The notes under the pieces are model-generated. The model ran no database searches, was not told the origin of the DNA, and saw only the letters and a program-made list of their open reading frames with translations. Positions 8,453 to 16,739 of a stretch of 32,000 bases of DNA are shown here, piece by piece. Numbering within the stretch: position 1 is the stretch's first letter; every line of letters begins with the position of its first letter. Position numbers and translations under genes: made by a program. The stretch is from Candidatus Thorarchaeota archaeon (lineage in GTDB: Archaea; Asgardarchaeota; Thorarchaeia; Thorarchaeales; Thorarchaeaceae), in contig PRDJ01000012.1 of the NCBI GenBank assembly GCA_003345555.1, forward strand, positions 1 through 32,000. Direction: 5' to 3'.

Positions 8453-10858
8453 GTGAGGCACTTACTTCCAGCAGTATTCCTGAGTGCCTGCCTTTTGTTT
8501 TCTAGCGCGGCAGCAGGTTTCGCACAACTACAATTGACAACCCTTGGCACATCACTACAATCCGGTTCAACGCTTGGCCCAGCTGCGATTGAGTTGATGG
8601 AAACCCTCATTGACCCTTGGGGAGGCGTACACAACATGATTGCCTCGGTGCAGAACGGAACTCATTATGGCTATCCCTCTGTACAGGCCTTAGAGGCAAT
8701 TGTCAATCACCAACTTGCGTTCGACAGCGGATATGTGGCGGAGATTGCCTTCGTGCTTCTCGGAAAGACCATCTTCCCCAACGGCGTAATCGACGGACCG
8801 ATGGCAGTGATGCAGCTCCAGATTGAGCCTGTGTTTGTGTGTCCCGCCAATCGAGCAGATGCAGCATTCGCGAATCTAACGCAGAATGAAGCCATAACTC
8901 TAGCGCAAGAAGCAGTGTCAGTCTATCAAACAGCTCTTTCAATCGATCTTGAGAGACTCATGATGATCGAGTCACAGGAGCATTTCTACTTCAACCTCAG
9001 TCTTGCTCCCGGGGTGGACTGTTACGGTAAGGGTTACTGGCTAACTTACGTTGGCTTATTCATGAATGAGGAAGGCAGCGCCGTTACGAGTGCTTTTAGA
9101 CAGCGCCTTGCCGCCCTTGGTGGGTTCATGAATCTCGTCGGTGCGCCGAAATGGCCTGATTTGGCGACAATCGCAGCCGAGGGATACATGTCTTGCTACT
9201 CTCTCCCAGATTACGACTCTCGGGGTTCGGTTGTCGACATGCTTCTCAAACACGTTCGACCTTTGATTAGGTCCGCGCATCCGGATCTCGAAGGGAGAGT
9301 TCAATCGGTCATTGCCGGCGTAGCAGCATTCAACAAGCTGAATCAAGTGATGCCGGGACCGGGCGAAGAAAGTTACTCTCTCAAGAGCGACGTGGGCTAT
9401 TCTTCTGCCATCATGAACAAGATGCAGCAGGACATTACTGCTGCGGCCGTCTCGATGGTTGGCGCCGAAGCACCGGGGCACTTGACCGTCGACGGGCTGC
9501 CTTCGTCATGGCTGTCTGTTGACAACGAATTTCCCAATCCCACCAATATCTCGCTGCCCGGAGGATTCGTTATTCCTGCAAACATGAGCGTGGCCGAGAC
9601 GGTGCTCATGCTCCTCGGCTCCATTCCCAAACAGCTTGCACTGGATCTGAATTCGCAGATTGGCACAATTCAGGCTGACACTCTTGATCAATTGCTCGAA
9701 GATATCTGGGGAGGAGGCGGTTTCCCCTTGGATCTCAAGGCATTACTGCTTGCCCTTGACTACTCCACATTAACATCCCCCGTCATCGACATAAATTACG
9801 ACACCCTAGCAGCAATAATGAGGAGAGCTGGCTTGACTCCAGACACACTAATCGACCTGATTGACCCTTCAGTCGCAGAAGAGAGTCCCGTTGGTGCAAT
9901 AGCAGAGGCTTTTGTCAAGTACTTCGACAGCTACAGAATACTGGACATACTGGAGGCAGACCATTACACTTCCCCGTCCGAGACACTAGGCTATCTGAAC
10001 CCCTTCATCCAAGGACTGGAGCAGGCGCTCCATGACATCGGCAATATCGATATGCCTTCGGAAGCAAGAACCAAGGAAGGCTTGGCCGCCTTTGTCGAAA
10101 AGCACTGGGACATCGTGCTGGGAGCGTTATGGAGTACCATGGCGGGCGGTAATCTCACTGCAATACAAGGCAGCCTGCATGCTATCCTCAATGTTACCAA
10201 CCTGCAGGAACACATTACGCCATACCTGATGGTTGACCTTGGCTCGCCCCTCATTGCTGGCACAGGGTTTGTCTTTGCCACAAACTACGAATCGAGCACT
10301 GGCCAGTTCACGGGGATGTCGGCAGATGATTTGAGAACTGTCTTTGATTTAGATCTCCAGAGACTTGCTTTCGACGGACCGTACCTTATTGTGGCCAAGC
10401 ACACTGACAGTGGGTCATTGCTTCTTGGGCAGAACGCGAATTTCACGATAGAGGTACACAACTTTGGAAATGAGACAGCTTACGACATCAAGGTTTTGGA
10501 TGGCGTCAGCTCAGGTTTCGATGGCCAACGTCCCTACTACTGGACCAAAGACGCACTGGCACTAGGTGAGAGCTGGGTAATCAACTATACAGTAAGAGCC
10601 AACGATACAGGTTTGTTCCTTGACATGCCAGCGATCTGCATATACTTCAACACAACTCTGAGCAGCTTTGACCCGGCTCACCCCAGTAACTGGACAGGAA
10701 CGGCGAGATATACGTTTTCAGAATTCGGTCACGAGATCAGAATCGAGGGGCAGAGTGGCTGGCAAGCTTGGCCTGTCGAGTACTCAATCGTGGTATTAGG
10801 GTGTGCGGCCGCGCTGGCCCTGGTGATATGCTTAGCACGAAGGCGCCCACACTCCTAG
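8453..10858 (+). CDS. Large secreted, C-terminally anchored surface glycoprotein, paralog B (~801 aa)
   Basis: Colinear with paralog A (IDPWGGV, FPNGV, NKMQQD, MRRAGxTPDTL, YFDSY, NLQEHITPYLM). GTG at 8453 begins a signal peptide and gives nearly the same length as A; the alternative start is ATG at 8348. About 12 sequons; TM plus RRRPHS tail. Confidence 0.86.
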   Translation: MRHLLPAVFLSACLLFSSAAAGFAQLQLTTLGTSLQSGSTLGPAAIELMETLIDPWGGVHNMIASVQNGTHYGYPSVQALEAIVNHQLAFDSGYVAEIAFVLLGKTIFPNGVIDGPMAVMQLQIEPVFVCPANRADAAFANLTQNEAITLAQEAVSVYQTALSIDLERLMMIESQEHFYFNLSLAPGVDCYGKGYWLTYVGLFMNEEGSAVTSAFRQRLAALGGFMNLVGAPKWPDLATIAAEGYMSCYSLPDYDSRGSVVDMLLKHVRPLIRSAHPDLEGRVQSVIAGVAAFNKLNQVMPGPGEESYSLKSDVGYSSAIMNKMQQDITAAAVSMVGAEAPGHLTVDGLPSSWLSVDNEFPNPTNISLPGGFVIPANMSVAETVLMLLGSIPKQLALDLNSQIGTIQADTLDQLLEDIWGGGGFPLDLKALLLALDYSTLTSPVIDINYDTLAAIMRRAGLTPDTLIDLIDPSVAEESPVGAIAEAFVKYFDSYRILDILEADHYTSPSETLGYLNPFIQGLEQALHDIGNIDMPSEARTKEGLAAFVEKHWDIVLGALWSTMAGGNLTAIQGSLHAILNVTNLQEHITPYLMVDLGSPLIAGTGFVFATNYESSTGQFTGMSADDLRTVFDLDLQRLAFDGPYLIVAKHTDSGSLLLGQNANFTIEVHNFGNETAYDIKVLDGVSSGFDGQRPYYWTKDALALGESWVINYTVRANDTGLFLDMPAICIYFNTTLSSFDPAHPSNWTGTARYTFSEFGHEIRIEGQSGWQAWPVEYSIVVLGCAAALALVICLARRRPHS

Positions 10859-11068
10859 TTGTAGCCGGGGTCTGGAACTGATGACCTCTCATGTTTTCCT
10901 CCGAGATGTCCCAATCGATACAGTATGGGTCGAATCTGCCCAAATGAACCCGAATTTGGCACTTCAGGACGACCTACGCGAAGCCTTTTATTGCGACTGC
11001 GCTCAGCCCGTGTTTATAGGACGACCCAAGAAACCGTTCTAGATTTCCGAACAATAGGAGATTTCGTA

Positions 11069-11380
11069 ATGCCTAAGAAACCAGAAAAGAAGACCCCTCC
11101 TGGGCAAGCGAAGAAGCCAGCTCCTAGCCCTGCAAAGCCAGCTCCAGCTGCCCCAGCGAAGCCAGCTCCCCCTCCGGCAAAGCCAGCTCCCGCTCCGGCC
11201 CCTACGCCAGCCGGTGCGTTCGAGAAATGGGAGTGCCAAGTCTGTGGTTACATCTACGACGAGGCCAAGGGAGACCCCGATGGCGGGATCAAGCCTGGCA
11301 CTAAGTTCTCGGCACTGCCGGATGATTGGGTATGCCCCATGTGCGGTGCTTCCAAGGAAGACTTCGAGAAAGTCAAGTAA
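11069..11380 (+). CDS. Rubredoxin with ~50-aa Lys/Pro/Ala-rich N-terminal extension (103 aa)
   Basis: [37 protein letters not shown] is a canonical rubredoxin. AGGAG RBS before ATG at 11069 and tttatagg TATA-like box at about 11013. Confidence 0.93.
   Translation: MPKKPEKKTPPGQAKKPAPSPAKPAPAAPAKPAPPPAKPAPAPAPTPAGAFEKWECQVCGYIYDEAKGDPDGGIKPGTKFSALPDDWVCPMCGASKEDFEKVK
11114..11190 (+). repeat. Four direct copies of aagccagctcc (KPAP) in the rubredoxin tail
   Basis: Copies start at 11114, 11135, 11159 and 11180 (spacing 21, 24, 21 nt). Confidence 0.9.
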
Positions 11381-11389
11381 GACTTAGCT

Positions 11390-11425
11390 GTGGGGCTTTC
11401 CTGCCCCACTTGCTCTTCTTTTTTT
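11390..11425 (+). terminator. Hairpin plus T7 tract after rubredoxin
   Basis: gtggggc-tttcct-gccccac followed by ttgctcttcttttttt. Lies between convergent genes. Confidence 0.7.
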
Positions 11426-11438
11426 CCGCAGTGCTCGC

Positions 11439-14033
11439 TCACCTGTTGCGGCCGGCCTCCCTCAAGAGGCGAACAACGTCTGTATTGACCGCTCTCTTCG
11501 TCACGTAGTATACAGCGAGGAGTGATGCAATGAGGGAGAGGACAACCAAGAAGAGAGTCCTAAAGTCAGCTATGATAAAGAGGCCGCCACTGAAGTGAAT
11601 CACCAAGTTTCTCAGTGCGAGCTCAACTCCAATGCCGGCGGCGCACCCTAAAATCACTCCGGATATCATAGGAACTGAACTCTCAGCTGCAAGTGTCCGT
11701 GCAATCTCTTTGTCCCTCATGCCGAGGGATGCGAGCATTCCAAGTTCTCTTCGGCGTGATGATGAGACAACCCAGCTACTGATTAAAGCACTGACTAACG
11801 CAGATGCGAAAAGCGATATCAACGAGGCATCAATGAGTATCTCGATTGAACGCAGAGCTGACACATAATCGGCCTCAAGAATCGAGACCAGAACGGGGTA
11901 AGCGCCCGGCACCGAGAAGAGCTCCTTGATGACTGCCGCGGGATCAGTGGACTCGATAAGCAGACTGCCAGCCTTGAATGGTTCTCCTCGAATGATGCCC
12001 CAAGTCTCCATGCTCACTATAACAAAGGTCGGCTCTACGGTCGAGAGCATGAAGACTGGCACTGCTGATTCGCTTATTGCGACGACCGTCAGATTCGCAA
12101 TGGCACCTACATGCACAGTATCTCCAAGACCGAGACCAAGAAAGTTAGCCGCATACTCTGATACTGCACAGGACATTGGTTCCAAGATGACATCCAAACC
12201 GCGCGTGAGATTGACAGACTGAAGAATTCCTAGCGACGCCAGCCGCTCCAAACCATGGGGCTCAGCTCCCATGAGAAGGCCATCTCCGAACAGCGACGAA
12301 TGCCATATGATTTCTAGGGCCTGATTCATTGGGACAACAGTCGTGATGTTGGGAATACTCTGGATTTCTGATATAATCTCTAAGTCAGCAGGTGGGTTCA
12401 TGTAGACAACTACATTCGCAGACGTAGTCTGTCCCGCAATGTTCCTCTTCCATGATTCCGTTATCACATATCCAACATTGGTGGATGCGAAATATAGGAC
12501 AGTGGAAGAGGCAAACAGGTTGAATACTACTAGGCCTGCAAGGGTGTTTCGTCTCAGATTCCTACTCGAAAGGATCCTCACGACCTCCGATGCGCCTACC
12601 ACGGCAGGCCAAAGAAACCTGCGAGAACTTGCAAGGTTCGGTGAAAGGGCGGCTACTAACAGGATTAGCGCCGGAATCGAGAGTATGCGAATTGAGGCTA
12701 TCTCAATGATGTGCAAATCGAGAAAATCAGAGACTGCTTGTAGTGCAACAATGGATGTAAGCGAGACAGCGACGGTGCCCACAGCCGCCCGAACTCGTTT
12801 TCGACCTGACCTAGAGAGCAAGCGGCCAGCCCCGGCAGGGGGCAGGGCTCCCGACCCGAGACTAGTGGCAACGGACTCCCTAGATGCGCGCCAAGCTGGC
12901 AAGTAGCCCGCCATTAAGGTCAGGGCAATACCAAACAGACAAGCTATAATCACACTGAGAGGGTCTACGGTCGCAAGACTCCTGAAGTATTGACTCATAA
13001 TACCGACATAAGTGATTCGAGCGAGAAGGACTAGGAAGTTGAGGACAACAGTGCCAATCACGAGACCAAGGCCGATGCCCAATGCGGCTCCGACGATACC
13101 GATTGTGCCGACTTCTGCAAGAAGAAGAACCAGAACATTTGATCTCGAAGCCCCGAAAGCAAGGACCACGCCAGTCTCGTAGCGCCGCTGACTGAATATC
13201 ATCGCGAATGAGGAGAATACCCTGAACACTGCTGTGAAAGATGACACAGCTACAAGTGCTAGCAGAACTGTCTGCGCTTGGCTAAGGAACAGTGATGAAA
13301 GCTTCAGGGGATAGACCTTGAGATTGGTGACCGTGAAACCCTCGCCGCACACTGCCTTTATGTAGTCTGTAGCGGCGGGTGCTGCAAAGACATCATAGAG
13401 CTCAATCAGTAACTTGTTACTGGAGTGTGCTTCGTATCTTATGCTGTAGATCTCCCATGCTCGCTCTAACGATATGAAAACCACAGGGCCGATGACTCCT
13501 TTGTCAATGGCGAGACCGTAACCTGTTATGTTGAAGAAAGCAGCGGCAGCACTTGTGTGTAATGTGAGAAGATCGCCCAACGAGACATTCAACAACTCGA
13601 TGGCGTCCATTGTCAGAAAGCACCCGTCGCCTGAGATGTCAAGAGAACCAGCTGTTGCGTTCAAACTGCCTATGCCAGATTCACTTTGCAGGTCGAGGCC
13701 CACCAGGAATACGTAGATTCCGCTGGTGAGATTCTCATACGTAGCATATTCCTCTATTCTGGGAATCGCTCTCATCACACTGGGTCCACTAAGTATGTCT
13801 GACCTCATTTGTGTAGTAATCGGCTGCCCCCACCTCGTAGCTGACACCGATATGTCTACAGGGGAGAGTGTTGCTTTCAGAAAGAGGTTGGCGCTGTTCT
13901 CTAGGCTGCTGCTGGCAGAGAGAGCAGTATAAAGAAGACTCACCGAGATGGCAATCGACATCACCGTGACAGCGGCTACTCTCTTCCGTCGCAACGCGTT
14001 TCTGAAACCTATGCGAGCCAGCTCTCGTACCAA
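11439..14033 (-). CDS. FtsX/LolE/MacB-type ABC permease with duplicated architecture (~864 aa)
   Basis: Two halves, each TM + large extracellular domain + 3-TM FtsX module (QRRYETGVVLAFGASRSNV and RRRELGMLASLGMRDKEI). Start uncertain: TTG at 14033 chosen because 14171 overlaps the divergent gene region. Confidence 0.88.
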   Translation of the reverse strand: MVRELARIGFRNALRRKRVAAVTVMSIAISVSLLYTALSASSSLENSANLFLKATLSPVDISVSATRWGQPITTQMRSDILSGPSVMRAIPRIEEYATYENLTSGIYVFLVGLDLQSESGIGSLNATAGSLDISGDGCFLTMDAIELLNVSLGDLLTLHTSAAAAFFNITGYGLAIDKGVIGPVVFISLERAWEIYSIRYEAHSSNKLLIELYDVFAAPAATDYIKAVCGEGFTVTNLKVYPLKLSSLFLSQAQTVLLALVAVSSFTAVFRVFSSFAMIFSQRRYETGVVLAFGASRSNVLVLLLAEVGTIGIVGAALGIGLGLVIGTVVLNFLVLLARITYVGIMSQYFRSLATVDPLSVIIACLFGIALTLMAGYLPAWRASRESVATSLGSGALPPAGAGRLLSRSGRKRVRAAVGTVAVSLTSIVALQAVSDFLDLHIIEIASIRILSIPALILLVAALSPNLASSRRFLWPAVVGASEVVRILSSRNLRRNTLAGLVVFNLFASSTVLYFASTNVGYVITESWKRNIAGQTTSANVVVYMNPPADLEIISEIQSIPNITTVVPMNQALEIIWHSSLFGDGLLMGAEPHGLERLASLGILQSVNLTRGLDVILEPMSCAVSEYAANFLGLGLGDTVHVGAIANLTVVAISESAVPVFMLSTVEPTFVIVSMETWGIIRGEPFKAGSLLIESTDPAAVIKELFSVPGAYPVLVSILEADYVSALRSIEILIDASLISLFASALVSALISSWVVSSSRRRELGMLASLGMRDKEIARTLAAESSVPMISGVILGCAAGIGVELALRNLVIHFSGGLFIIADFRTLFLVVLSLIASLLAVYYVTKRAVNTDVVRLLREAGRNR

Positions 14034-14191
14034 AGTCTTCTTGGTTCCGTCGTGGTGATGGATTGGAACTGACCCTAGTACCTTTTCAAGATTCCACTTA
14101 CGAACCGCCCCATTTGCCCGGGCCCGTCGAAAGGTCCTTATGGGCCGATACACGAGGTCGACAATTAACATCGTCAGAAGGTTCCGACATC

Positions 14192-14743
14192 ATGCAATGG
14201 AGCAAGAGACTGACCACAATTGCGACGGTTCGAAACGTCTTACTGGGTCTTCTATTGGTTATCGTCCTCGGAGTCATATTGATGGCCGTGATCCAGCCGC
14301 AGATGATGGCTTTGAGCGGTGGCCTGCCGATTCTCGACTTGCGCCTATTCTATACTCCAATGGATGTCAATCAGCTGTTCGCAGCCTTAGGTGACACCGG
14401 CCGTCTCCTATACACCTACCACCAAGTTGTTGATTCCTTCTTTCCAGCTACCTATGGTATCACCATTGTCCTTGCGCTTGTGAGATTGGTCAACAGAGTA
14501 TCATCTGGACCAAGCAGGCTCAGAGTAATTGTGTTTGTTCCTATATTTGCCGCCATGGCAGACTATGCCGAAAATTGCTTAATTGCCACACAGCTTGCCA
14601 CATTCCCCCTTCTCTCAGATGGAATCATAATGACAGCTGCAATCATGACAGTCACCAAATGGGTACTGATTGTCATTTCCCTTGCGGCGTTAATCGTGCT
14701 TGGTTTGGTGGCAATGAGGAAAGGAAAACAGGTTCACCCTTGA
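14192..14743 (+). CDS. Conserved 4-TM membrane protein of unknown function (183 aa)
   Basis: Four hydrophobic segments. LDLRLFYT..LG..GR..Y....DSFFP..Y and ADYAEN pattern resembles a widespread uncharacterised family (recalled from memory). ATG at 14192 preferred over 14063. Confidence 0.72.
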   Translation: MQWSKRLTTIATVRNVLLGLLLVIVLGVILMAVIQPQMMALSGGLPILDLRLFYTPMDVNQLFAALGDTGRLLYTYHQVVDSFFPATYGITIVLALVRLVNRVSSGPSRLRVIVFVPIFAAMADYAENCLIATQLATFPLLSDGIIMTAAIMTVTKWVLIVISLAALIVLGLVAMRKGKQVHP

Positions 14744-14843
14744 TGCGACCGACTGGCCAACAATGGGTATTTCGGGTTGAACCAAACACTTTTGAACGGT
14801 TAACAACGCGTCATCAGACACCAGCAATTAGGGCTTGGTCAAC

Positions 14844-16580
14844 ATGGACGAGAAGCTCCTCAAGCTTAGACACTCGCTGTCTCATGTCATGGCAGAAGCA
14901 GTGCTAAAGAAGTTCCCGGACGCGCTACTGGGAATAGGGCCAGCCATTGAAGAAGGGTTCTACTACGACTTTCTTCTGCCGCGAGCACTCACTCCTGAAG
15001 ACCTTAATGAGATAGAGCAGGAAATGAGAAGAATCGTCAAGGGCAACATCAAGTTCGTCAGGAAAGAACTGTCACGAGCTGAAGCAAGAAAAGCCTTCAA
15101 GAACCAGAAGTTCAAGCTCGAACTGATTGATGAACTTCCCGAGGGAGAGACCATCTCCACCTATACGAGCGATACCTTCACAGACCTTTGCAAGGGTCCT
15201 CACGTCGAAAGCACCAAGGAGATACCGGCCAATGCTTTCAAGCTCCTTGAGGCATCGGGCGCCTACTGGAGAGGCGATGAGAAGAACCCTCAGCTGCAGC
15301 GAATCTATGGAACCGCATTCTCATCCAAGAATGAACTCGATGAATACCTCAAGAGACTCGAAGAGATTAAGGAGAGAGACCATCGCAAGCTAGGGAAGGA
15401 TCTCGAGCTCTTCCATTTGTCCGATGAGATAGGAGCAGGCCTTGTTCTGTGGATGCCGAAGGGTGCAGCAGTCAGGATGGCTTTGGAGGAGTATTGGAAA
15501 TCGGCCCATTTCAAAGCAGGGTATCAAGTTGTCTACTCGCCCCATATAGCTAAGCTTGACTTGTGGAAGACCAGCCATCACTGGGAATTCTACCGAGAGA
15601 ATATGTATTCACCAATGGAGATTGAGGGACAGGACTACGAACTCAAGCCGATGAATTGCCCCTTCCATCTGCAGATGTACAAGATGCGGAAGAGGAGCTA
15701 CCGGGAGCTACCGTTGAGGTGGGCTGAACTTGGAACCGTCTACCGATTCGAACGGTCAGGAGTATTGCATGGTCTAATGCGAGTCAGAGGATTCACTCAA
15801 GATGACGCTCATATCATAGTTACCCCCGAGCAGCTCGAGTCAGAACTCGTTAACATCCTCAACTTGAACTTGGAGATACTCAGAACCTGTGGTTTCTCGG
15901 AATACGACATCTATCTTAGCACTATGCCGGACCACCATGTGGGTACCTACGAGAACTGGGAGAAGGCAACTAGTGCACTCAAGAGCGTACTTGAGAAGAC
16001 GAATCTGCCTTACAAGATTGACCCCGGGGAGGGCGTGTTCTACGGTCCGAAGATTGACATCAAGATAAAGGACACTCTGGGCAGGGCTTGGCAATGCACG
16101 ACCATTCAGGTTGACTTCAACCTTCCAGAGGCATTTCATATAACTTACGTCGGAGAAGATGGCCAAGAGCATCAGCCAATCATGCTGCACAGGGCCCTTA
16201 TGGGGTCGTTAGAACGGTTCTTCGGAGTTCTAATAGAGCATTACAAGGGTGCCTTTCCGGTTTGGATGGCTCCTGTCCAAGCAAGACTCATTCCAGTCAC
16301 AGACAAGCAGACTGAGTACTGCCGCAGAGTCGTTGCCGAGCTTCGGGACATGGGAATACGCGCAGAGCTGGACGATGCACCTGAGAGAATGCAGAAGAAG
16401 ATAATGACTGCTCAACATGAGAAAGTTCCGTATCAACTTGTAGTTGGAGAGAGAGAGGCGGGACAGGAACAGGTGGCTGTCAGACTTCGCACAAATGAAG
16501 ACCTAGGGCCAATGCCACTTGCTGATTTCAAGCGCATGATACGGCGAATCATTGACGAGCGTTCAGCCTCGCTCAAGTAG
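14844..16580 (+). CDS. thrS: Threonine--tRNA ligase, bacterial-type, lacking the N-terminal TGS domain (578 aa)
   Basis: Editing motifs RHSLSH and DLCKGPH; class II core KPMNCP, YRFERSGVLHGLMRVRGFTQDDAH, AWQCTTIQVDFNLP, MLHRALMGSLERF; C-terminal anticodon-binding domain. Confidence 0.98.
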   Translation: MDEKLLKLRHSLSHVMAEAVLKKFPDALLGIGPAIEEGFYYDFLLPRALTPEDLNEIEQEMRRIVKGNIKFVRKELSRAEARKAFKNQKFKLELIDELPEGETISTYTSDTFTDLCKGPHVESTKEIPANAFKLLEASGAYWRGDEKNPQLQRIYGTAFSSKNELDEYLKRLEEIKERDHRKLGKDLELFHLSDEIGAGLVLWMPKGAAVRMALEEYWKSAHFKAGYQVVYSPHIAKLDLWKTSHHWEFYRENMYSPMEIEGQDYELKPMNCPFHLQMYKMRKRSYRELPLRWAELGTVYRFERSGVLHGLMRVRGFTQDDAHIIVTPEQLESELVNILNLNLEILRTCGFSEYDIYLSTMPDHHVGTYENWEKATSALKSVLEKTNLPYKIDPGEGVFYGPKIDIKIKDTLGRAWQCTTIQVDFNLPEAFHITYVGEDGQEHQPIMLHRALMGSLERFFGVLIEHYKGAFPVWMAPVQARLIPVTDKQTEYCRRVVAELRDMGIRAELDDAPERMQKKIMTAQHEKVPYQLVVGEREAGQEQVAVRLRTNEDLGPMPLADFKRMIRRIIDERSASLK

Positions 16581-16646
16581 ACCTGGACTCCTGCACATCA
16601 ATGGGAACGATTCGTCCTCCCATCTACGTTGATGAGTTGGAACTAC

Positions 16647-16654
16647 TTATATAC
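16647..16654 (+). promoter_or_regulatory. TATA-like box upstream of the peptide ABC operon
   Basis: ttatatac lies about 85 nt before the GTG start, inside an actt-atatac-aagt inverted repeat. Confidence 0.45.
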
Positions 16655-16739
16655 AAGTGGAGCTAAGAGTGGTGAACACACCGCAATTGCCTTGCGATTG
16701 CGCTGGTTAAGCTTGGTTACTAATGGAGGATTTCCATAA

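Noticed and set aside
10879-10950. tgatga box C-like motif suggesting a C/D box sRNA
   Set aside because: No properly spaced box D (ctga) or C'/D' pair found.
10966-11026. Direct repeat aggacgacc (two copies, 52 nt apart) upstream of rubredoxin
   Set aside because: Only two 9-nt copies; not distinguishable from chance without comparative data.
11114-11190. Short regularly spaced repeats resembling a CRISPR array
   Set aside because: Repeats are 11 nt with 21-24 nt period, in frame inside a coding region (KPAP); no cas genes.
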